DNA from: Octopus vulgaris
Lineage: Eukaryota
Direction: 5' to 3'
DNA length: 64,000 nucleotides
NCBI GenBank assembly: GCA_951406725.2
Contig: OX597831.1
Span: 82,708,001 to 82,772,000, forward strand
Shown: piece by piece, positions 13,237 to 24,860 of the stretch
Layout: every line of letters starts with the position of its first letter
Position numbering within the stretch: position 1 is the stretch's first letter
Position numbers and translations under genes: made by a program
Notes under the pieces: model-generated
Database searches by the model: none
The model's input: the letters and a program-made list of their open reading frames with translations, nothing else
Told to the model about the DNA's origin: nothing

Positions 13237-13533
13237 GGAGGCACATGGCCTAATGGTTAGGCTGTTGCACTCACAATCACAAGATCATGAGTTTGATTCT
13301 TGGACCAAGCAGCACATTGTGTTCTTGAGCAAAATACTTCAGTTCAAATTGCCCCAGTTCACTCAGCTGTAAAAGAGTAATCCTAGGACAGACTAGCCTT
13401 CCAAACAGCGGAGGGATGTTGGTCAGCTCACCTAACCAGCAGAAAGCAATCATTTCAAAGCTAGAAAAAATGTAAAGCGTACTGTGACCAGCGATGTATA
13501 ACAACATCCATTAGTTTGGTTGATCATGTGATC
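13237..13533 (+). mobile_element. tRNA-derived SINE family D (CORE-like centre) with an RTE-type tail
   Basis: A-box TGGCCTAATGG, B-box-like GTTTGATTC, TGTGTTCTTGAGCAAAATACTT...CACTCAGCTGTAAAA, tail CTGTGACCAGCGATG...GATCATGTGATC. Confidence 0.75.
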
Positions 13534-13561
13534 TCACACACACACACACACATCTACATAT

Positions 13562-13715
13562 GCAACAGGCTTCTTTCAGATTCTGTCAGCCAAATCTACT
13601 CACAAGGTTTTGGTCAACCTAAGGCTATAATAGAAGACACTTGACCAAGGTGCCCTGCAGTGGGATTGAACTGGAACCTTAAGGTTAGGAAGCAAGCTTT
13701 TTACCACATAGTCAC
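13562..13715 (-). mobile_element. SINE family A, 5' half
   Basis: Reverse complement matches 3700-3860. Confidence 0.75.
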
Positions 13716-14529
13716 ACACACACAGAGAAAAAAAAACAAGATCCAAAGAAATGAGTGTTTATCTTGGCCAGCAAAAGAAAAGAAATGTATTCTTTGGTGA
13801 AATTTCAAGTTTGTATGTGAATGGAAGAGGAGATAATGTTTTGGAGTGAGACCTTCTTTGGACAACAGAACAATATTTACTCAATGTGAACTCTGTTAAT
13901 CCATGAAATCTTGAAAACAATGCCAGAAACTAGCAGCAAGGAACCCTCCTCTCTCCTCAAGGAAACTCTTTATCCAAAACATTGCAAGTTTCCAATGACA
14001 TACAAACTTGATATCATTCGACAAAAAGATTTGTGGTATTTATTCTGAATTCAAACCACGTTTTATCTTTCATCACACCAGGGGGAATAAAATAATGTAC
14101 CAGTCATATAGTGGGGCTCTTCTCCCCCCAAATTTCTGACTTCAAGCCTATGTCAAACACTACTTTTACTACCACTATCATCATCATCATCATCATCATA
14201 ATTATTATTATTATCTCTATAATTATTATCACTATAATTATTATTGTTGTTGTTACATAAATATACACACACATGTGTCTGTGTGTGTGTGTGTGTGTCT
14301 GTGGGTAATAAATGAAATAGGATTACTTTGTTTAAAATGAAGATTATGTTGGGATTATTGAGTATAAAGTAGAACGAGATGATGAAGAGGCAAGTCGAAG
14401 ACGATTGCTATTTACACCTGGCATCAATAGGTTTAACAAATTAGATTAACTTGATAAGAAACTGTATGGGAGTCGTTAGGCCAAGATTTATGATAAAGTG
14501 GACAACAACACATAATAATAATAATAATG

Positions 14530-14574
<45 letters not shown>

Positions 14575-14761
14575 CCAACTGGAAATGAGGTCAATAAATA
14601 AATAAATCACTGAATAATTAATTAATTTGTACTTGGAACGTAAGTTGCATTATAACAATACTTCTGGAATGTAACCACTTTTATTGTACACACACAGACA
14701 TGCAAACATGCGCATGTGTGTGTGTGCCTTTATGATGTACGGCCTTTGTGTGTATGTATGT

Positions 14762-15131
<370 letters not shown>

Positions 15132-15995
15132 GTTTCTTTATTAGCCACACAGGGCTGCACACAGATGGGACAAATTACAAGGTAGAGAATTTCTTTTAAG
15201 GGATGAAAAAAAAAACAAGTGGCGTAGGTTTTTGATCAAAAGGGATCGTAAAAGGGAAAAAAGAAAAAAAAAGAAAAAAGGAGAAGAAATAAAAGAAAAG
15301 AAAAATAAATAAAGAAGAAAAAAAGAGGAAGAAAGGGGAAGAGGAAAAAAAACGATCAATAGGGATCGTGTATCACAATGTCATGATGTACGGTGAAAAG
15401 GGGGAAGCAAATAAGGTTTATCCGTGGGAAGAAAAGCCTACGAAAAAGACCACGGTAACCTCGGTCAATATTGTTATATGTTACCACATTTTTTTGCAAG
15501 TGGGTAACCCTCTGTTTTCAATTTCTGGGTTCATAGAATTATGCTCAAGGTGGCTTCGTCATTCATACGTGCCATCCTTGCTACATTCACCCATCTGTTT
15601 TTTTAAACATTCGCTTGACAAAACTTGCCCCTCTACTCTCACTTTCCTTTTCAAGTGATACTTGAAGAAGTTGATGAGAGATTGACCAGAGAGGAAAGTG
15701 TTTGTCTCCAATCCTTTCAGACGCGTCCACCAGATACATTCTTTCGCCATAGCCTCAAGGATGATGAAAATAGCTCTTCCTTCCCGTTCGAAGGAAGGAG
15801 ACATGACGATATTGACGATAGACTCGGCTGATAAACTGACTCGTACCACATGTGACAGCAGTTGTTCGACGTAAGCCCACAGGTCGGACACTGAACGAGT
15901 GCGTGTAGAACGGTTTTGGCGCTCTGACCGCATCTCAGGCAGGTCGGCCCCGTGTATCTCGAGCCGTGTCTGTAGAGCTTATCCCGAACGGGTAG
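15132..15995 (-). mobile_element. 5'-truncated L1/Tx1-clade LINE 3' end
   Basis: LPVRDKL...CLRCGQSAKTVLHALVQC (CCHC zf-RVT-like), AKECIWWTR, FFKYHLKRKVRVE, T-rich 3' UTR and AATAAA at the terminus. Confidence 0.8.
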
Positions 15996-16019
15996 CGTGT
16001 GTGTGTGTGTGTGTGTGCA

Positions 16020-16057
<38 letters not shown>

Positions 16058-16269
16058 CATCCATGTTGATTGTCAATAAACATGACTGACATACAGATGT
16101 TGTTATTTGTTTGCAATCTTTCTTAAAACTATGTCCAGACGAGGGTCCAATATCATTTTGCTTAGGAAAAGTTGAGGGTTGACAACAGGAAGAGTAACCA
16201 GACGTAGAAAATTGGTTTCAATGAATTTCGTCTGACAAATGTGAATGGGAAAAGTTGAGGTTAAAATGA

Positions 16270-16302
<33 letters not shown>

Positions 16303-17367
16303 GACTAGGTGGAAGCTAATCCTTATTTAAAATTCCATTTTAATGCTTAAGAATATATAATAATTATGTGTGTGTAATCCAGATTTTTAAGAAACAATAC
16401 AAAAAAAATGGCATGTTGTGTTGTAAAAGAGGTTAATAAAAATGGTGGATGACAAGAAGGGTATTTCGCTGTGAAACACTGCCTCAGAAAAAAGACCTGC
16501 CAATCTATACGAGCATTGAAAATTGGAGGTAAAATGATGATAAGCCGTCTTCTTTGTGGGTGTCTGAGCTCAGTAAACCAGGTATAAAAGTGTTGTTGCT
16601 ATTCTTTGGCAGAACAGAAATAGCAGTTATATTACAGCATTATAAGACTCTCAAATTATGTTCTGTGCTTTTAAAGTAGAGGAGACAGCTCCTTTACAAC
16701 TAATGGTTTGCACCTTTGGCATCAGGCCACAAATTTTAGGGTAGTGTGTCATGGACGGATTTAACCTAGTTATTACTCTAAAGTATTTCTTACTTTATTG
16801 ATTAAAAGTATAAAACCAACCTGTCAGGAATTTCATTTCAGAAAGGAAAAGATCTAAAATTGAAGACAATAACACGAAATAATCTGGTGTGTTACCATTT
16901 CTCTGAGACAATAATAATGATTTCTGTGTTTGGAACAAGGCCACAATTGAAGATGAAAGACGTAGACAATGTCTAGATCAGAGACGTTTGTTATAATATT
17001 TCTATCAACCCTGGTGTGTAGTTGAACTCATTGTGATTTGAACAGGTAACACTAGGAGACAACATTCAATACCATTAGACATTTGGCACCTGTACATCTA
17101 AGAAATCAACATCTGGGTTTGATCAGAGATATTTCATTTCCTGTTAGCAGTCTTGGGAAATCTTGGGAAAAATATCATGGTTGCTGTTCTACCACACTTA
17201 ACACAATAACAACAATAAAAGATTACACACACACACACACACACAGAGGGAGAGTGAAAGAGAAAAAAAATAGCTACATACATATAGATAATTCTCTCTC
17301 AGATGTTAACTTGCATTATCTTTTATAAAGATATACATACATATATTATATATATATATATATATAT

Positions 17368-18018
17368 ACTACAAAATTAGAGAATGGAGAAACATACTTA
17401 AATCAGTAAAACATCAACTATCCGATGATACTCAATCCATACTTTAATACACCATTACATATGAGTAAAGGCAATATATAAAATGAAATGAGATATACAG
17501 TAATAGTAAAAGTAAAAAGATAAAGAGATATAAGTAAAAAATTTCAAATATAATATGCAAATAAATCAAAACTGACAGCTGTTTCGGCAGTGAGGACAGT
17601 CATACCTCATTTAACCTATAAGCCATAAAGGCAGATATAAATGAGGCATTAACAAGGATGCCCCACGGCCTCTTCAGAGAATTAAATTAAATTTGTTATA
17701 ATAGTGAAAAATATTATATAATCATATACATATAAATATAAAAATATAAAAATGTAAAATATAAAAACTTATACATCATAATGCTACACTTATATAATAT
17801 AATACACATTTGTACAAAAAGGAAGGTAAACAGAACAAAATAAAACAAAATATATAACAGTGTATATATTAATATTAATAAGTACCGATATTATACATAT
17901 TTGGCTAATAGTTTTTTTTAAAAAAAAAGGGCTAACACATATGGAGATGAAAAATAATAATTAAATCCGTGGTACAGTTCATAAAATTCTAAAGCTATAA
18001 AAGTTAATAAAAATTACT

Positions 18019-18062
<44 letters not shown>

Positions 18063-18429
18063 TAATAATAATAAAAAAATACTAAAAATAGATACAGTTA
18101 AGTTAGCACCAAGTCCATCCTTTCAAGATCGAAATAACTATGAGTTAAGAAATGCTGACCACTAGGTAAAGAAAATTTAGATTAATTCGATTGGCTATTG
18201 GTTTGAAATTTAAATCACAAAAGAAAATTATACGGTTGGTTAGTCAAGGAACGCCAATATTCACACACGCATCTACAGATCAATCGCACATACACACATA
18301 GTTATATGTATATACATACACTTATACACATACATAATCACAAGCAACAACTAGCACTTAGATAAACAAAAAAGGGAAGCAACTATGCTAACATTTAGTC
18401 CTTCAAAATTATAACTGAGCCTCAATAAC

Positions 18430-18462
<33 letters not shown>

Positions 18463-18543
18463 GTTGGGTACCTATCTAGCAGTATATTGGATATATATTA
18501 TCCCATGGTGGGTTGAATTTTCAACCCCTATCTCATTTTATAA

Positions 18544-18550
<7 letters not shown>
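17368..18550 (-). mobile_element. Penelope-like element remnant (non-coding pseudo-LTR-type region)
   Basis: Flanked by (TA)n and carries a CTGAAGA...GAAACAGCTGTC hammerhead core of the kind found in Penelope-like repeats. No RT or GIY-YIG ORF seen, so the assignment is inferred. Confidence 0.55.
17566..17685 (-). ncRNA. Type-I hammerhead ribozyme motif (Penelope-type, palindromic stem III)
   Basis: Minus strand: AATTCT-CTGAAGA-GGCCGTGGGG...(inner CCTCATTTA/TAAATGAGG stem)...CCTCACTGCC-GAAA-CAGCTG-TC-AGTTTT. All conserved core nucleotides and a GUC triplet are present; stem I is weak. Confidence 0.65.
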
Positions 18551-18596
<46 letters not shown>

Positions 18597-18659
18597 GTTT
18601 CACTTAGGCATTGCAATCCTAATAACTTAGTGTAGCACTCAATACCTACATATGCTTCT

Positions 18660-19370
18660 GAATGAAGTGTTAGATGAGTATAGAGGAGTAATAAGAAATT
18701 GAGATGACAAACGAGTAAATAATCATCTTATGAACTTCATAAGCTTACAGCTGTTTCGGCTATAGGACATATATGCTCCTCCACCCATAGCTATATTGCA
18801 CCTATCCACACACAACATATCCCCTCATATAATTAGTATATGGAGACATGGGAATTTGCATACAGTAAGTTACAGTTTCAATATCATAGTATAGAGTTCT
18901 GAGACCCCCTTCAGTCATGACACAGACCATGGGATTGCACCAAGAAAGTTATCCTCCCCGGCACAAGTCCGGGCAAGGTTGTTTGTGGAAGACAAGCAGT
19001 CGCCCATGCATACCAGCCTCTCCTCTCTACACCACCAGTGTTATCCAAGGGAAAGGCAAAGGGGCTGATACAGCTTGGCACCTGTGATGTCGCAACTCAT
19101 TTCTACAGCTGAGTGAACTGGAGCAACATGAAATAAAGTGTCTTGCTCAAGAACACAACATGCAGCCCGGCCCAGGATTCGAACTCACAACCTCACGATC
19201 GTAAGCTCGATGCTCTAACCACAGAGCCATGTGCCTTCACATAGTATAGAGTGGGCTCAAACAATAAGGACATGGTCCATATCTACACATTCATTGGTCA
19301 ATCAATCATATATTATATTTTGAAAAAATTAAAATTTTGTATATATCTTCAGTCTTTCAGAGCTTCCATT
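18660..19370 (-). mobile_element. Penelope-like remnant with a degenerate hammerhead motif split by a SINE
   Basis: Minus strand AAGCT-CTGAAAGA (19352-19365) ... GCC-GAAA-CAGCTG-TA-AGCTT (18741-18760). Confidence 0.45.
18898..19239 (-). mobile_element. Full-length SINE family D variant with a 13-bp TSD
   Basis: tRNA-like head (B-box GTTCGAATCC on the minus strand) and the centre shared with the 13237 copy. TSD CATAGTATAGAGT at 18885-18897 and 19240-19252. Confidence 0.88.
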
Positions 19371-19387
19371 AACAACCTGTTCATTGT

Positions 19388-19565
19388 TCACTCTTGGAGT
19401 GGTTGGCGTTAGGAAGAACACCCAGCTGTAGAAACCTTGCCAAATCAAATTGGAGCCTGGTGCAACATTCTGGCTTGCCAGTCCTTAGTTAAATCATCCA
19501 TCCCATGCCAGCATGGAAAGCAGACATTAAATGACAATGATGATGATGATGATAATGATGATGAT
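19388..19565 (+). mobile_element. RTE-associated 3' tail module
   Basis: GGAGTGGTTGGCGTTAGGAAG...CCATGCCAGCATGGAAAGCAGACATTAAATGA(TGA)n. Confidence 0.8.
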
Positions 19566-20081
19566 ATATATATATAGATATGTATATATACAAATACACA
19601 CACACACACACATTTATGTAAGTCTCTGCTGTATGTATATACACACAATATTATGCAGTATGGTTGGTAGTGGTCAGACTCAGTGTCTCTGTTTTTCAAA
19701 ACTGTGAGTCCAAATCTCAATTGGACCTAATTTTGTCAATTCCCCTCAAAAGACTGATGTAGAGCAACAAGAAGTAACCTAACAAGAACAGAGTATTTAA
19801 GAAGGAATTTCAATTGTGGAGCCACAATGTATGTATAAAACTGCAAAATGGTTTGACAACTTGATGCAGTTTATAGAGCAGGAAGACTTATGTTAATCCT
19901 ATACTTTAGATGGGATTTATATAATAAATCTTGATTAACCATAATATATATCTTGTCATTTTGTTGTTTGTTTTATCTTTCGTACTTTCTCAGCTAAACC
20001 AGTAAAAAGTATTTCAGGTTTATGAAGCATTTTTTCACACACACATGAGAGAAAAAGTCTTGATATATGTGTGTGTGTGTA

Positions 20082-20124
<43 letters not shown>

Positions 20125-20296
20125 ATATATATATATGTATGTATATATATAAATCTTAGGGTAGCAAAAAAAAAAAATTATGGAAAATTTCTTTGCTACC
20201 AGTGGTCTAGCGAGAAGGAAAAAAATTAGTCAATTATTCATAGAAAAATACAGATGTCCTATTATGGTCATCTTTTATGTGTTTAAATGTACACTG

Positions 20297-20332
<36 letters not shown>

Positions 20333-20378
20333 AATATATCTATATAGACACACACATATATATTTATAAATGTATATA

Positions 20379-20920
20379 TGAGGTGCATTCCAGATTGGAT
20401 ACTTGTAATTGTTAGTACAACATTACTATACATCCAATAAGCTGACCTGCCACCTCTTGTTATTGCAGCACTTTGGACACACTCTACTAAACACTGTCAC
20501 GGCTGACTAGTTTACAGAATGCAGTTGGGATGTGAAGACAATTTGGAAGCTCACTCTGCAATAAAGCTTTGTGTTAAACTGGATACAAAATGCTAGAGAA
20601 ACTTATGAAAGCTCCAGCCTGGTCATGGATTGTATGAGCTGAGCAACAAAAGAGGCAAGGCAAAGAAAGTCCACTGGAAAGATCATGGTGACCAATATTT
20701 TGAACATGACAGGCATCATCTTCATCCACTGGACTCCCTCTAGCCAGACGGTCCACAAAGAGTTCTTTGTGACAGTTTTGAGGGAGTTCAGAAAGAGATT
20801 TCATCTCAAAGGGCCAGAGAGATCTTTTACTCACATCAGTGACACCTGCACCAGGACAATGCACAAGTCCACAATCCACAAGTCCGTCCTGAGAAAGTCT
20901 GAAAACTTCTGGAATGCACT

Positions 20921-20922
<2 letters not shown>
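20379..20922 (+). mobile_element. Internally deleted mariner-like transposon
   Basis: TIRs TGAGGTGCATTCCAGA (20379-20394) and TCTGGAATGCACTCA (20908-20922). Residual mariner-type peptide AIKLCVKL...KIMVT...GIIFIHWTPSSQTVHKEFFVTVLREFRKRF. Confidence 0.7.
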
Positions 20923-20954
<32 letters not shown>

Positions 20955-20955
<1 letters not shown>

Positions 20956-21055
20956 TGTCCCACTGCATGGCACCTTGGGCAAGAGTCTTCTACTAAAGCC
21001 TTGGGCTGACCAAAGCCTTGTGAGTGGATTTGGTAGACAGAAACTGAAAGAAGCC

Positions 21056-21105
<50 letters not shown>

Positions 21106-21335
21106 CTGTATGTATGTATGTGTGTGTATATGTTTGTGAGTCTATGTTTGTCTCCCCAGCATTGCTTGAAAACTGATGCTGGTGTATTTACATCCACATA
21201 ACTTAGTGGTTCAGCAAAAGAAACCAATAGAATAAGTACTAGGCTTACAAAGAATAAGTCCTGGGGTTGATTTGTTCTAACAAAGGCAGTGCTCCAGTAT
21301 GGCCACCGTCAATTGACTGAAACAAATAAAAGAAT
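20955..21335 (+). mobile_element. SINE family A (5' end missing)
   Basis: Collinear with 3755-4095, with an expanded central TA repeat and the GGCAGTGCTCCAGTATGGCC tail. Confidence 0.85.
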
Positions 21336-21357
21336 ATATAAAATGAAACTAAATATT

Positions 21358-21590
21358 TCCTTTACTGAGCCAGGGCTCATAAGGGGCCGGTTTCCAGGTT
21401 TCAGTGGTGTATATTTTCCCCACGCAGATGGGATGCCGATCTGTCGCAGGATTACTCATTTATTGCCAGCTGAGTGGACTGGCACAACATGATGCTCAAG
21501 GACACAAAGCATCACCCAGTCCAGGAATTGAAACCACAATCTTGCGATCATGAGTCCAACACCCTTCACCACTAACCCACATGCCTCCAC
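21358..21590 (-). mobile_element. SINE family D variant with a third tail type
   Basis: Same head and centre as the 13237 copy; tail GAAACCTGGAAACCGGCCCCTTATGAGCCCTGGCTCAGTAAAGG. Confidence 0.75.
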
Positions 21591-21765
21591 CCATGTTACA
21601 GTACAGTTAGATGCATGACTGCAGCTGAAGGAGTTGAAGCCTCCTGTAAATTATCATTATTCAGCCACAGCAATGGCGAAACATATGTAGAAACTAAATA
21701 TTTATACTGGGGTGTTCATCTTCAGTTCCTCTCCTATATATATTGTGTACGTGTGTACGTGTGTT

Positions 21766-21812
<47 letters not shown>

Positions 21813-22034
21813 TTTGATGTGAAGCTGGTTATACTTGTGAAGAAAATGACATGCAACATAAAGCTGATACAGCAGACACAATGCTGGTGGTGGTGGTGGT
21901 GGTAGTAGGAGGAGGAGGGTATTTTGTATATGTACTGGTAATGGTAACAATAATTCCTTGTAAAAAGTCCATACTTTTGACCCAGTAAATGACTGGTACT
22001 TTACCTGATCAACATTTAGTATTTGTGCTGCCAA

Positions 22035-22525
22035 TAATGATTGCTTTTAGTTTAGGCAAAAGGTCAGCACTTTGGAAGGTGGGAAGTTAGTTGATACTTT
22101 CAACACCGTTCTTGACCAGTTCTTAGTTTTATTGACTCTGAAAAGATGGAACTCAAAGTTGACATCTGCAGAGTTTGAACTCAGAATGTGGAAACCTGGA
22201 ACAAATACTGCTGACAATCTAACAATTCTACCAATCCATACATCACCATGTTGATGATGATGATAATAATAATAATAATAATAATTAATAAACCAAATCC
22301 CAAAACAAAAAATAATAATAAAGATAATAATATTGCCCTCTATTATAAGTAGAAGTCCTGAAATTTTGGGAGAAGAGGTTAATCAATGACATTGACTCCA
22401 ATGTTTGAATGGTACTTATTCTATTGACCTGCAAAGGATAAGTTGACCTTGGCAGAATTTGAACTGAAAGCATAAAGCCAAAAAAATGCCATGAAGCTTT
22501 CCTGGCATGTCAACAATTCTGCTTT
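22035..22525 (-). mobile_element. Two degenerate copies of tRNA-derived SINE family C
   Basis: Both carry AAGTTGAC..TGCAGA(A/G)TTTGAACT and an A-rich/TAA end, similar to 29985-30203. Confidence 0.6.
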
Positions 22526-23519
22526 GTGCACTTAATTCACAAAAGCTTGCCACCATCACCATCACCATCACCATCACCACCTGAAATAATTGAAGTTACT
22601 TACAGAATCAGAAATGAAAAAAATAAAAAATAAAAAATATATAACAAGAATGGGTGTGGGGAGGGGGTGAAGTAGGGGTGAAAGGTGATGGGAAGCAAGA
22701 AGGGGGAGGGTGGTCGGGAGGAAATTTTGATTTGATAGACTGTCAGTTCCAAAATGTATTAGAATCCATCATATGGGAAGAAAGCTGTATTCTTTAGTTG
22801 AGTGAATATTGATCAGGTGACAGCGTAAGAAAAGAATGGTATTTAGTTAGCAATATTTAGCACTTGTATGTAATGGTGAGTTTAAATGGTAGATATAAAC
22901 ACATGGCTGCAGAGTGGAAGAGAGCAAAAATATATTTAAAATAAAAGGAAGATAAGAAATAGAAGAAGAGAAGGAAGATAAGATAAGAAATAGAAGAAGA
23001 GAAGGAAAATTAGAGGAATTGCCTGAAAAGAAGGACCAAATAATAAAAAAAAGCCAAATTAAAGAAAAGAAAGTTAAGCTAAGGAATAGAAAGCGATTAA
23101 ACAACTGCATGATTGGTGTGAAATTAATTAGCAGAATTTCATAAACCTAGTTGTAATCTGTGTCAGTTGAAAAGTAGAATACAATATGTTTAATCAGCTG
23201 TATTCTACGGGGGTACCGTCTCTCATTTGCCTGAACTTGGACAGAGGAAATACAGACCTGGGTAAGATAGGAACTCAGAAAGGAATGTAATCAAATACCA
23301 CAAGGTATTTTGTCCAGCATTCTAGCAATTCTGCTAACCCTTATAACTCCCACCCCCACCAATATTTTGTGAGGCACATATTTTTAACGATCCTGTGAAA
23401 GTCAAGTTGTTTAGTTTTTGGCATAAATAATATAACACCACAAACGCACAATTCTACCAAGGGCCTTCCAAGTTTGATGCATCATTCTTTTGAGCCTACG
23501 CATGTCCTCCGCAGTCGTT

Positions 23520-23880
23520 TTTGTATTTAGCTCAACCCAGACACAATAATATACATACATATATATATATGTTGTTGCAAAGTGGGTTCCTCCCACTGGT
23601 GTCATGTGAGACTGCTGTTGTACTGCAATTGCTCTTTTATACTAGTAGCCACAATAATTACTAGTCATCAGATACCATTGTATCTCTTCCTACCAGAATG
23701 GTCATACACTAACTTCTCCTGTCTTACTATCGCTGAGAGCTCCACAAGACACCAACTAGAACTGTTGACTCTCAACCCTTCGATTCTCGATTCTCTCTTG
23801 ATGACCGGCTACTGGTCTATTTGTAATGGCTGATCCTACCACTTTTTACTGGGAGGGGTATACAGTTTTACTATACAACA
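23520..23880. repeat. Unclassified interspersed repeat, possibly solo-LTR-like
   Basis: Ends in ...TATACAACA and begins near TTGTA/TGTTG; abuts a short RTE fragment at 23455-23518. Confidence 0.3.
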
Positions 23881-23885
23881 CAGAG

Positions 23886-23923
<38 letters not shown>

Positions 23924-24179
23924 CATTGCTATTATGCAAAAGTGCTGTAAGTCAAAAACATTACTTTTTCAGGAAACAAAAAAATAGTTTCACTATTCCA
24001 TAGCAAAACTGCTGTACTGTACTTTGACAATTTTTGATATCTTGGAGATATGACAACTTGACCCAAAGAAACGGCTATTGCAAGCAAAAGTAAATATTCA
24101 AAAAGATGCATTTGACCAAATTTGGACATATGACAGATTAGCATAATAGCAACGATATATATATATATATTGAAAGAGA

Positions 24180-24368
24180 GGTACCACATAAAAAGCACCC
24201 AGTGCACTCTGTGGAATGGTTGGTGTTAGGAAGGGCATCCAGCCACAGAAACCAAGCCAAAACAGACTATGGAACCTGATGTAGCACCTGGCCTTGCCAG
24301 TTCCTGTCAAGCTGTCCAACCCATGCCAGCATGGAAAAGGGACGTTAAACAATAATGAGGATGATGAT
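24180..24368 (+). mobile_element. RTE-associated 3' tail module
   Basis: TAAAAAGCACC...GGTTGGTGTTAGGAAGGGCATCCAGCC...CCATGCCAGCATGGAAAAGGGACGTTAAAC. Confidence 0.8.
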
Positions 24369-24532
24369 ATATGCATATAATATATATATATTTATATATA
24401 CATAGATTCAGATGAATTAGGTACTTAAGTTGAATCACCAAAAATTGTCCATGCAACTTCAAAATAAGGTGAATAAAATCAAAATAAGCAATAATCATCT
24501 CTGAATATATATATATATAAATATATATATAT

Positions 24533-24860
24533 ACGATGGGCTTCTTTCAGTTTCCATCTACCAAATCCACTCACAAGGCTTTGGTCGGCCCCGAGTCAAT
24601 AGTAGAAGACACTTGCCCAAGGTGCCACGCAGTGGGAATGAACCTGGAACCATGTAGTTGGTAAGTAAGCTACTTACCACACAACCACTCATATATATAA
24701 AATAGGTTTCTACACAGTTTCCCATCAACTAAATCTCCTTTACAAGACAGAAGTGAAGCTGAGGCTGTAGTAGATGACACTTGCCATAGTTGCTGTGTTG
24801 TGGCCTTGAACCAGAAACCCCATGGTCACAAAGCGGTCTTGTTAAACACAAAGCCACAAC
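24533..24860 (-). mobile_element. Two tandem 5' halves of SINE family A (one younger, one older)
   Basis: 24533-24690 closely matches the reverse complement of 3700-3860; 24705-24860 is a more diverged copy. Confidence 0.75.

Noticed and set aside
22652-22720. G-quadruplex-forming G-tracts
   Set aside because: The motif is present, but such tracts are common in low-complexity DNA and have no functional context here.
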